Assembly (NCBI GenBank): GCA_004524535.1
Contig: SDNY01000044.1
Coordinates: 1-27,983, forward strand
DNA: 27,983 nucleotides
Reading direction: 5' to 3'
From: Promethearchaeota archaeon
Lineage (GTDB): Archaea; Asgardarchaeota; Lokiarchaeia; Sigyniarchaeales; SOKP01
This document shows, piece by piece, positions 19,255-27,966 of this stretch. The position numbers and the translations under genes are program-made. Under the pieces are notes generated by a model. It saw only the letters and a list, made by a program, of their open reading frames with translations. It did not search any database and was not told the DNA's origin. The number at the start of each line of letters is the position of its first letter. Position 1 is the first letter of the stretch.

Positions 19255-19313
19255 ACAAATTTTTTTATGAATTCTTTAATTATTAAGAAGAATACAGATT
19301 CAATAATTATTAG

Positions 19314-19958
19314 GTGTTATATTCTATTACTGAAAAAAAAAATGATCAATTAAAAAGAAGAATCGGTTCACAAGAGCCAATTCGACTTTCCGAACCTCGT
19401 ATCCCTCCTCAGGACGAATCAGAATGGGATGAAGATGCGAAAATATTATTAGGACGTTGGCGTGAAATTAACAAAAGGCCAATCCTAAACATAAATGCGA
19501 CACTCGCAAGACACTCGAAGCTGCTCAAGCGTTGGAGTGTATTTTCGAATCATGTACTGTTTAAATCATCCCTCCCTGTACGCGATCGAGAGATACTAAT
19601 TCTTCGAATCGGTTGGCTCTGCCGTGCTAAATATGAATGGGGTCAGCATGTTATAATAGGAAAGATCGCTGGTCTTAAAAATGAGGAAATCAAGCGGATC
19701 CAAGAAGGTCCGGATGCTAAAGGTTGGAATAGCTTCGATGCTACTTTAGTTCGTGCAGTAGATGAACTCTATATCGACGCATTTATAAGCGATGCTACTT
19801 GGGAAAAACTCACTGAGCACTATAATACAAAACAGATAATGGACCTTATTTTCACTGTTGGGCAATATAATTTAGTTTCAATGACTCTCAACACATTGGG
19901 CGTCCAACTTGAAAAAGAATTAGAAGAAAAATTAAAAAAATTAAACTTAAACCTATAG
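19314..19958 (+). CDS. Carboxymuconolactone decarboxylase/AhpD-like protein
   Basis: LPVRDREILILRIGWLCRAKYEWGQH and FTVGQYNLVS. Single Cys, no CxxC. The start (GTG 19314) is uncertain. Confidence 0.82.
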   Translation: MLYSITEKKNDQLKRRIGSQEPIRLSEPRIPPQDESEWDEDAKILLGRWREINKRPILNINATLARHSKLLKRWSVFSNHVLFKSSLPVRDREILILRIGWLCRAKYEWGQHVIIGKIAGLKNEEIKRIQEGPDAKGWNSFDATLVRAVDELYIDAFISDATWEKLTEHYNTKQIMDLIFTVGQYNLVSMTLNTLGVQLEKELEEKLKKLNLNL

Positions 19959-20051
19959 AGAGAGGTTTTAGCTTGTATGAAATTTATTTCTAACTTTAAT
20001 TTTTTAGATAGTATTATTAAATAAAATCATAAATGAAAAGGAGAGATAATT

Positions 20052-20465
20052 ATGGAAGAAAATAAAAAGGACTCAGAGTCGCCCACATTGGGAATATTAC
20101 CGCGGAGGTTTACAATGACACTTTTTTTTATTATTTGCTATACCATAATACACATTAATTTCGAGTTTAATTTTTGGGTGACCGGAAATATATTTGGGAA
20201 ATATGCCGTTGCAGATGATAGTTTAAGTGAGATTAGAATTGCGAAGATAGTTTATTTTACTAAAGCCATTTGGATGTTTGCTTTAGTCTGGTTGATGGTT
20301 TTGGGAATTTCGTTCAGGTCATCTATGGCATATTCATTCATGCTCTATAGTATTGCGCTAATTCTTCTTTTGCCGTTTGGAATATACACAATACTCAATT
20401 TCTTACTCGCCATAGGAATGATAATTGAGGATATAATCGATCGCTTAAAGATCCGCGGAAAATAG
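20052..20465 (+). CDS. Hypothetical integral membrane protein (about 4 TM helices)
   Basis: 137 aa with hydrophobic segments, AAGGAG upstream and a T7 tract at 20479-20485 downstream. No family recognised. Confidence 0.7.
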   Translation: MEENKKDSESPTLGILPRRFTMTLFFIICYTIIHINFEFNFWVTGNIFGKYAVADDSLSEIRIAKIVYFTKAIWMFALVWLMVLGISFRSSMAYSFMLYSIALILLLPFGIYTILNFLLAIGMIIEDIIDRLKIRGK

Positions 20466-20586
20466 AAAATTTACCTTCTTTTTTTAAATTTAAATTTTTA
20501 TTTAATATTTTATTATCATAGTTTTATTTTCTATTCGTCTCTTATTTTTAATAAGCCTTTTATAAGACTATAACATATTAAAGCGT

Positions 20587-21606
20587 ATGAAAGCATTTGT
20601 GACGGGCGGTACTGGTCATGTTGGTAGCATACTCGTCGAAACCTTATTAAAAAGGGGTTGGGAAGTTCATTGTATGGTCCGAAAGACATCTGACCTGACA
20701 TTCCTTAAAAGCCTCAATTCAGATAAGCTATTTTTCTCAGTTGGCGACCTTATATCTCCCGGTTCTATCTTGGGAGGAATTAAAGATGCTCAGCCCGATT
20801 ACATTTTTCACAACGCAGCAGCACTTGGTCGATGGGGACCATGGAAAGATTTCTATACTCTCAATGTTATTGGCACGAAAAATGTATTTGAAGCTTTTGA
20901 AAAAACATCTTCAGTGAAAAAATTTGTTCATACAAGTACCTTTGCCGTATATGGATATGAGAATCATAAAGACGCAACAGAAGACCAGCCGTACGGAAAA
21001 TTGCATCATAAATATTCTAAAACAAAGATGATGGGTGAAAAGTTTCTCTGGCAAAAATTCGATAAGGGTAACGGTCTTCCAATAACCATAATTAGACCAC
21101 CTTCTGTTTTTGGTCCTAATGATCACTCAAATCTAAATGAAATCTTAAGTCTCATTAAGAATAATCGGAACATATTGCCTGGAAAGGGTGATCAACTTAT
21201 TTCATGGGCATATAACTACGATATTGCGGATCTTCTTATTAAAATGGCCATAGATGACCGTGCAACCGGTGAGGCTTTTAATATCAAGACCGGAAACTTA
21301 ACATCAGAAGAGCTTATCCTAAAATTAATGGAATTATTAAATATTTCTGGTGTTAAAATTCGTCATATACCGGTTTTCCTTACAAGAATTGCTGGATGGT
21401 TAGGTTCAGCTTTCGGCACATTACTTAGGAGCAAGAAAGGTCCCTTACTTCACCGACAAATTGTAAGAATGGTTATCCATCACCATGCGTGCAATATTGA
21501 TAAGGCAAAGCGGATTCTCGATTGGGTACCGACGATCTCGCTTGATGAGGCTTTAAAACAAACTATTGACTGGTTCATAAAATCAGGTACCTATGAAGAA
21601 CTTTAA
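20587..21606 (+). CDS. Extended SDR, NAD-dependent epimerase/dehydratase (3beta-HSD-like)
   Basis: VTGGTGHVG, FHNAA, HTST, YSKTK (YxxxK), IRPPSVFGP. TTTATAAG about 25 nt upstream suggests a leaderless transcript. Confidence 0.87.
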   Translation: MKAFVTGGTGHVGSILVETLLKRGWEVHCMVRKTSDLTFLKSLNSDKLFFSVGDLISPGSILGGIKDAQPDYIFHNAAALGRWGPWKDFYTLNVIGTKNVFEAFEKTSSVKKFVHTSTFAVYGYENHKDATEDQPYGKLHHKYSKTKMMGEKFLWQKFDKGNGLPITIIRPPSVFGPNDHSNLNEILSLIKNNRNILPGKGDQLISWAYNYDIADLLIKMAIDDRATGEAFNIKTGNLTSEELILKLMELLNISGVKIRHIPVFLTRIAGWLGSAFGTLLRSKKGPLLHRQIVRMVIHHHACNIDKAKRILDWVPTISLDEALKQTIDWFIKSGTYEEL

Positions 21607-21690
21607 TCATGATTAAAAGAGATACCGTCTCAAATATTTTAAAAAATAATTAAAAAAAAAGCTAACTGAGGTTTAACCAATATTAAATTT

Positions 21691-22866
21691 TTATTTTTTC
21701 ATGTTAACAAATTTACCAGTTCTCATCAGTTCACAAGGTTTTAGGTATTCTCTTCCAGATTTCTCAACAAATTCCTCTAATTTCTTAGTGTATTTTTCCC
21801 AGTTATTCTTACCTGCTCCAAAAGGACCTGGTGTATTCATTCCAGCCATATTTGCATCATCAATGACTTTCCAGCCAGTTACCACTCCTTCCTCGATTAA
21901 TCTACAGCCTTCATTTAAACGTATAGCCATAATAAGTTCTAAATCCAGTAATCCTGCCTTTTTGGACATATCTGGTTCGGGTCTACCTTTTGACCAATCA
22001 TAATATCCTTGACCTGTTTTTCGTCCTAATTTCCCTTCTTTTACCATCCTAGTAGTAACTTTTCCCGGTGTGAAATCAGGGTGCAAAGTTTCGGCATAGT
22101 AATTGGCAGCATGATAAGAAGTATCAAGTCCAACATAATCTGCTAATACATATGGCGGCATAGGCATTATTCCTCCTGTATCTGCGTCGATTTGTTCCCA
22201 AGGGATTCCATTTTCATAGGCATAATCAGTAATATAACTCCTATAGATTCCCACGGGAGCATTTACTCGATTTACGATAAAACCAGGTCTGTCCTTTAGG
22301 ACGGGGGCTATATAACGTTTGCCTCTAAGACATGGTAATTTCTTAGCAACGTCCATCGCAGTGTTAAATGTATCATCAGAAGTATCAGCACTTTTAATGA
22401 CTTCAATACAGCTCATTAATGGAACTGGATTGAAAAAATGCATTCCACAAACTCTCTCTGGAGCACCACAATCCTTGCCAATTTCAGTGATGCTCATTGT
22501 AGACGTATTTGAGGCAAAAATAACATGAGCGGGTCCATTATTCATGGTAGTTTTACAGACATCTTTTTTAACACTCAACTTTTCGATAACAGCTTCAATA
22601 ACAATGTCAGCATTTTTTACAGCAGAAGCTAAATCTGTGGATTTTGCACATTTTGTCATAACACTAGCCGCAGTCTCACCCTCTCCTAATTTACCTTTAG
22701 CTTCGAGTTTTTTTAATCCACCTTCGATATCAGCAGCAGCTTTATTAAGAGCTTCCTCAACGATATCAACTAAAGTAACATTATAGCCGGCCATTAACGC
22801 AACTTGTCCGATTCCATTACCCATTAATCCAGTGCCTAATACTAATAGATTCTTTATTTCAACCAT
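21691..22866 (-). CDS. 3-hydroxyacyl-CoA dehydrogenase
   Basis: VLGTGLMGNGI, IEAVIE, ASNTS, GMHFFNP, PGFIVNR, LGRKTGQGYY, with a duplicated C-terminal domain. Confidence 0.93.
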   Translation of the reverse strand: MVEIKNLLVLGTGLMGNGIGQVALMAGYNVTLVDIVEEALNKAAADIEGGLKKLEAKGKLGEGETAASVMTKCAKSTDLASAVKNADIVIEAVIEKLSVKKDVCKTTMNNGPAHVIFASNTSTMSITEIGKDCGAPERVCGMHFFNPVPLMSCIEVIKSADTSDDTFNTAMDVAKKLPCLRGKRYIAPVLKDRPGFIVNRVNAPVGIYRSYITDYAYENGIPWEQIDADTGGIMPMPPYVLADYVGLDTSYHAANYYAETLHPDFTPGKVTTRMVKEGKLGRKTGQGYYDWSKGRPEPDMSKKAGLLDLELIMAIRLNEGCRLIEEGVVTGWKVIDDANMAGMNTPGPFGAGKNNWEKYTKKLEEFVEKSGREYLKPCELMRTGKFVNMKK

Positions 22867-22994
22867 AATTATTCATCTTTAAGAATTGATTTCAAGTTTT
22901 TTAGTATGATTATGATTTTTAAAATAAAAATAATTTGAATCTATTTTTAATTTCTTATCAACAAAAAAAAGAGAAAAAATGAATAGATTATTTC

Positions 22995-23906
22995 TTATTC
23001 CTTTTGCTCAGCAGCCATAGGATTCTTATCCATACAAGGAACATCGAATTGACAAAAGGCACAGCCAACTGGGGGTTGTTGTTCTTTCCATTCACCATTA
23101 ATATATCGAAAATGAGGTTTTAAAATATCTCCTATGCGGTGTCTCATTTTTCTTTCTATTCTCTGACCATAAGCCCAACATTTGTTTTTATCGTGACCAT
23201 TTATATCAATAGCATTAGCGGGACAATTCTTTTCGCATTGTCGACAAGTTCCTTTAGCATAATAGAGGCAATTTGCATGAATATCGTCACTCTTTCTTGG
23301 AGTTATTTGAAGGGGTGCATTAGTAACAACAGAAGTAAATCTTACATTACATCCGGCCTCTGTGATTAAGGCATCAGTGAGACTAAAAGTACCCAGACCA
23401 GCAGCGTAGGCAATATGGCGTTCGGACCAATTGGAGTAAAAACCACCTTTTGTATATATACTAAAAGCCTCACTAACCATAGCTGCCACTGCATTATAAC
23501 TATGATCTTTAAAAAAATTAATCGATTGTCTACAAGTTTCTTTCTTAAATTCATTAGCATAGTTTCGACCTAGGGAATAAATATCAGCCGGTAATTTAAC
23601 ACGCGGAAATTCAATAAAATCCTTGCTTTCTTCACGAATTCTATCAACATATGGAAATACAATCGAAAGGATGCGTAAATTAGAAGGAGACTCCTCATCT
23701 TGTCCACATGCTCTCCATAGTTCAACCGGAGTAAAATGTTCCGGACCCACAACCTCTTTAAATTTTTCAAAGATTGGATCATCTCCTTTAGCAACTCCAA
23801 TTATCGGAGTAGAAAATATTCTCCCATTTCCATACTTTTCATGAAGGCGGTTAAGCTCAGTAGTAGAAAATAATTCATCCAGAAATTGTTGAACTTTTTC
23901 GTTCAT
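22995..23906 (-). CDS. QueG/reductive dehalogenase-superfamily protein (cobalamin + 2x[4Fe-4S])
   Basis: WSERHIAYAAGLGTF...G.NVRFTSVVT, C-x8-CRQCEKNCP, KNKC and GCAFCQFDVPC (8 Cys). No TAT signal. Confidence 0.82.
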   Translation of the reverse strand: MNEKVQQFLDELFSTTELNRLHEKYGNGRIFSTPIIGVAKGDDPIFEKFKEVVGPEHFTPVELWRACGQDEESPSNLRILSIVFPYVDRIREESKDFIEFPRVKLPADIYSLGRNYANEFKKETCRQSINFFKDHSYNAVAAMVSEAFSIYTKGGFYSNWSERHIAYAAGLGTFSLTDALITEAGCNVRFTSVVTNAPLQITPRKSDDIHANCLYYAKGTCRQCEKNCPANAIDINGHDKNKCWAYGQRIERKMRHRIGDILKPHFRYINGEWKEQQPPVGCAFCQFDVPCMDKNPMAAEQKE

Positions 23907-24018
23907 CTCAAATCACTCTGTTGTCTAATAATAAAAAAAAAAAATAAAATCTTATTATAAATTAAAAATTTGTATTTGTAATAATCTTTTAATTGATTTA
24001 AACTAACGGAATGTAAAA

Positions 24019-25260
24019 ATGGTAAATAGACCTGAGCCTAATAACGGTAAAAAGATAACTCCTATGAATGCACTTTCCCCAATGGGAATAAAATTCAAGG
24101 ATCCCTTAAAAGATGTTCACACCGCCAATCTTCTTATATCTGGTTGTGGATGGGTAGATACTACATACGGAGTCGTATTAATTGATACCTTACTCAGTGT
24201 GGGTGCAGGAAGGAAGGTATTTGAAAGAATCCAAGGTAAAATTAAATATATTATCTATACACATGGACATGGGGACCATGTGGGTGGAACAAAAGCTTTT
24301 TTAACTGATAAACCAGAGATTATCGCCAATAAATATCTTCCAGACAGATTAGACAAGTACAAAATGTTAGCACCACATAGAGCTCGAATATCCGCTCAAC
24401 AATTTAATATACCTGAATCTACCCAAAAGTTCGAATACATTTATCCAACTAAAACATTCTTAGGTGAGATGACCATTTCTTTAGGAGACAAAACCTTCGA
24501 GCTTCACACAGCCCGAGCTGAAACCGATGATTGTGTTTGGGTTTATGTACCTGAGCTCAATACGGCATTCATTGGCGATTTGATGATTGGAGTTGGATTG
24601 TTCCCTAATGTTGGAAATCCTTGGAAACCCACTCGTTTTGCTTTGGACTGGGCAAAAACTTTAGAAGAAATTCGAGCCCTTGAACCTGAATATATTTTTT
24701 GTAATGGAGGAGGTATTATGTATAAAGGTAAAAAAGCTTTAAATGCATTGAATGACAATATTGAAGTCATCCGTAATTTGCATGACCAAGTTGTAGAACT
24801 TATCAATCAAGATATGCATATTACAGAAATGATCCACGCTGTTAAAGTTCCAGATCATCTCAAAAAAAGCCCTTATCTTAAGCCTTTATACTCCAGACCT
24901 GAATTTTTCGTATTTAATGTCTACCGATGGTATCATGGCTATTTTGATCATAATCCTGCCAACCTACTTCCCAGACCAGAGAAAGAAGTTAAAAAAGAAA
25001 TTTTTGGGCTAATTGGAGATTCGAATAAAATCTTGGGCAGAGCAAGAGAACTATTAGAACAAAACCAAGCACAAATTGCCCTCCAAGTCTTAGATGTCCT
25101 AATCCAAGCTAAACCAGAAAATATTGAAGCGCGAAAACTTCGTATTGAACTTCTAAAAGAGTTAGGCGCTAATGATAGTTGTTTAATGAGCCGCAATTCT
25201 TGGTATTATTTCATCAATCAAGATAAAAATTTTATTCGTCGTTCAAAAAAAAAACTTTAG
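24019..25260 (+). CDS. Alkyl/aryl-sulfatase-like MBL hydrolase (SdsA1/BDS1-type with dimerisation domain)
   Basis: YTHGHGDH, AETDD, FPNVGNP and WYHGYFDHNPANL. Confidence 0.82.
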   Translation: MVNRPEPNNGKKITPMNALSPMGIKFKDPLKDVHTANLLISGCGWVDTTYGVVLIDTLLSVGAGRKVFERIQGKIKYIIYTHGHGDHVGGTKAFLTDKPEIIANKYLPDRLDKYKMLAPHRARISAQQFNIPESTQKFEYIYPTKTFLGEMTISLGDKTFELHTARAETDDCVWVYVPELNTAFIGDLMIGVGLFPNVGNPWKPTRFALDWAKTLEEIRALEPEYIFCNGGGIMYKGKKALNALNDNIEVIRNLHDQVVELINQDMHITEMIHAVKVPDHLKKSPYLKPLYSRPEFFVFNVYRWYHGYFDHNPANLLPRPEKEVKKEIFGLIGDSNKILGRARELLEQNQAQIALQVLDVLIQAKPENIEARKLRIELLKELGANDSCLMSRNSWYYFINQDKNFIRRSKKKL

Positions 25261-25433
25261 ATTTATTCTAAATTATTAATAATTCTTTTATTTTTGATTT
25301 TTTTGCACTGATAAAAAAGCGGTTAATACTTTATCTAATCTAAAAAAAATGATAAAGAATAAATAATGCCATGTTATTATTGTTATTGACAAAATTTTAA
25401 AGAGAATATTAAATAATTTAAAATTTTAGAAAA

Positions 25434-26210
25434 ATGGAATATAATAAAGAGGAGATTAGGGAAAAATTTAAAGATTTATTTGAATATTCGTTAGATTTTA
25501 TTTTTGTTCACGATTTAAAAGGAAATTTCCTCGATGCTAATGAAATAGCTTTAACGGCTCTCGGATACGAAAGAGAAGAGATTCCAAATCTTTCCTTTAT
25601 GAATTTAATAGATGAAGCACAATTAAAAAGATCTTTTGAACGCTTAAATCGATTATTGAAGGAAGGGAGACATGATACACAGGCAGAGTATAAGCTTATA
25701 ACTAAAGATGGGAATTTGCTTTATTTGGAAACTTATAGCATTCCTTTGATAAAGGAAGGAAAAATTTACGCTCTATTAGGTATTGGAAAAAATATTACTG
25801 AACGAAAAATAACCGAACTATATTTAAAAGAATCTGAAGAAAAATTTAGAACGCTTTATGAAAACTCTCCCTTTGCGATTCTTTTAATTGATTTAAAAGG
25901 AATAGTATTGGATTGTAATCCTATAACCATAAAAATGTTCGGATATAACAAAAAAGAAATAGTTGGTAAAGAAATAAGAAATCTTGAGGCAATTCGTCGA
26001 GAAGATTTACCTATTCTACTTGATCTCTTTAAAAAATTAATAGGTGGAGAAAAATTGCAGCGAGTAGAAATACAATTAAAAAAGAAAGATGGAAGCATAG
26101 GATGGGCTTATATGCAAGCAATAATATTTGAAATTGAAGAAGAAAAATTTGTCCAAGCAATTTTGCACGAGTATGGAGAGTCTACAATTATCGGCCAAAC
26201 AAAGTCATAA
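25434..26210 (+). CDS. Tandem PAS-domain sensor protein without output domain
   Basis: FKDLFEYSLD...DLKGNFLDAN...LGY, linker NITERK...ESEEKFRTLYENSP, then a second PAS. No HisKA or other effector follows. Confidence 0.85.
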   Translation: MEYNKEEIREKFKDLFEYSLDFIFVHDLKGNFLDANEIALTALGYEREEIPNLSFMNLIDEAQLKRSFERLNRLLKEGRHDTQAEYKLITKDGNLLYLETYSIPLIKEGKIYALLGIGKNITERKITELYLKESEEKFRTLYENSPFAILLIDLKGIVLDCNPITIKMFGYNKKEIVGKEIRNLEAIRREDLPILLDLFKKLIGGEKLQRVEIQLKKKDGSIGWAYMQAIIFEIEEEKFVQAILHEYGESTIIGQTKS

Positions 26211-26328
26211 ATTAGAAACTTCTTGTTCTATATAATCTAGAAAAAATTGAATGATCTAAAAACACAAAATTACTTTTTTTACCAATTTTTTCTAAAATAT
26301 ATATATACCTTAAAAATGAGTAATTAAT

Positions 26329-27966
26329 ATGCAGACTAAGATTTTAATAAGATCAGAAATCATTGAAAAATTAAAAGAAATTTTACAGGGTGAACAGTAC
26401 GTTTCATCTGATATCGAAGTTCGGTCAAATTATAGTCGGGATATGACCGAACAAGTTGCTCCGGCGTTAACTGATGTAGTTGTTTTACCAGAGAATAGGG
26501 AGCAAGTTCAACAAATCGTTCTCTTAGCCAATAAAGAGAAGATTCCGATAATTCCTTATGTAGCAGGGGCAAATATTGGAGGGTTAACATTACCAACTGA
26601 AAGAGGTGGTATAACAATTGATTTTAAGCGAATGAGACGAGTTATTAAGATTGATCGAGAAAATAAATATATTGTTGTGGAACCTGGATTCACATTTGGT
26701 GATCTAAGAAGATTATTTGACACTGAAATTCCGGAATTTCGATATTCTTTTCCTTTTTCACCTCCTTATACAAGTATGGGAATAAACGCTTTATTGCACG
26801 GTTTAGGTTCTTTGAGCGTGTTATATGGTTCAGCAGAAAATTTTATAAATGGCTTGGAAGTAGTTCTTCCAACAGGGGAGATTGCCCAAGTAGGAAATCA
26901 TGCTATTAATCGTGGTGAATACTGGTATGGAAGGTCGCCATTACCAGATTTATGCGGTTTATTTATCGGTATGCAAGGAACAACTGGTATAGCCACTAAA
27001 ATATCCTTACAACTAATGGATAACCCAGAGATCCTAACTCATTTTGCTATCTTACCAAAGGATCCTTTAGATTTCTTTGGAGATTGGGTTCATGATTTAG
27101 ATAGACTTCACATTTGTGATGAAATTGGCTGTGGATATTTCCCACCAAAAGTTGCTCATGGGTTATTACCTCAAGATATGATTGAACTAATGGCAAAATT
27201 AATGTTCATGTTATCAAAGGGTAGAAATACTAAGATAATGAAAAAATTATGGGCATTTATTAAGAAATTGCCCGGAAAACCTTTTTGGTATGTAAAGAAA
27301 TTTTCTCCAATATTAGCGAGAAAATTACCTCCTGAAGATGAACCTTTCTTAATAGTTGGGGCAACTATAGGAGCTAATAATAAAAAACTATTTAAAGCAA
27401 AAGTGAAGACTTTAAAGAAGTTTATGAAGAAAAAAGAAGCTTTAATGATACGCCCTGATGATTTTGGAGAGTTAAAACCTGCTATGATGTCAATCTTAGA
27501 TTTACCCGCTCAATTACCTGCCTTTTTCGATTTAAAAGGGGGGGGATTAACTTGGGTGGGTAGTTATGTTCCACCTAGTCGTGTTGCTGAAGGAGTAAAG
27601 CGATGTAAAGAGATAATAATGCAGCATGGACTTTTTCCTATTGGCGTGTTAAGACCTATGAAAGCAGATCATTATTTCGTTCTTAGATTCATTATTTCAT
27701 TTAATTCTATCGATAAGGAAGAAATTGAGCGTGTAAAAAAAACTCTTAGAGGAATTTGTGAGGTTGTTTTAGATATTGGAGGAGTGCCATATAAAATGGC
27801 TCCATGGGCTGCTAAGTTAACCTGGGAAAAAGGAGATATTTCTTTTTATAAATTACTCAAAAAAGTAAAAGATATGATGGATCCAAATAATATAATGAAT
27901 CCTGGTAAACTGTTTGTTCTAAATGAAGACGACATAAAAAGAAAAGAAGCGGAGGAGACGCAATAA
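26329..27966 (+). CDS. FAD-linked oxidase/dehydrogenase (VAO/GlcD/D-lactate dehydrogenase fold)
   Basis: VVLPEN.EQVQ, GANIGG, VVEPG, GLEVVLPTGEI, PDL.GLFIG.QGTTGI and C-terminal DPNNIMNPGK. Confidence 0.88.
   Translation: MQTKILIRSEIIEKLKEILQGEQYVSSDIEVRSNYSRDMTEQVAPALTDVVVLPENREQVQQIVLLANKEKIPIIPYVAGANIGGLTLPTERGGITIDFKRMRRVIKIDRENKYIVVEPGFTFGDLRRLFDTEIPEFRYSFPFSPPYTSMGINALLHGLGSLSVLYGSAENFINGLEVVLPTGEIAQVGNHAINRGEYWYGRSPLPDLCGLFIGMQGTTGIATKISLQLMDNPEILTHFAILPKDPLDFFGDWVHDLDRLHICDEIGCGYFPPKVAHGLLPQDMIELMAKLMFMLSKGRNTKIMKKLWAFIKKLPGKPFWYVKKFSPILARKLPPEDEPFLIVGATIGANNKKLFKAKVKTLKKFMKKKEALMIRPDDFGELKPAMMSILDLPAQLPAFFDLKGGGLTWVGSYVPPSRVAEGVKRCKEIIMQHGLFPIGVLRPMKADHYFVLRFIISFNSIDKEEIERVKKTLRGICEVVLDIGGVPYKMAPWAAKLTWEKGDISFYKLLKKVKDMMDPNNIMNPGKLFVLNEDDIKRKEAEETQ

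Noticed and set aside
19333-19353. A10 run and out-of-frame ATG near the CMD start as a slippage or phase-variation site
   Set aside because: The ATG lies at the end of the run and meets a stop after 3 codons. The GTG frame is intact and A-runs are common here.
26244-26270. KLNDLKT peptide downstream of the PAS gene as a histidine-kinase remnant
   Set aside because: Too short, and no H-box (SHELRTP-like) follows.
262-26617. Short ORFs (61-139 aa) antisense to or nested in long genes, e.g. 262..516, 5355..5774, 6652..7059, 14369..14776, 18378..18734, 21701..22003
   Set aside because: They are shadow frames of well-supported genes and show no recognisable motifs.
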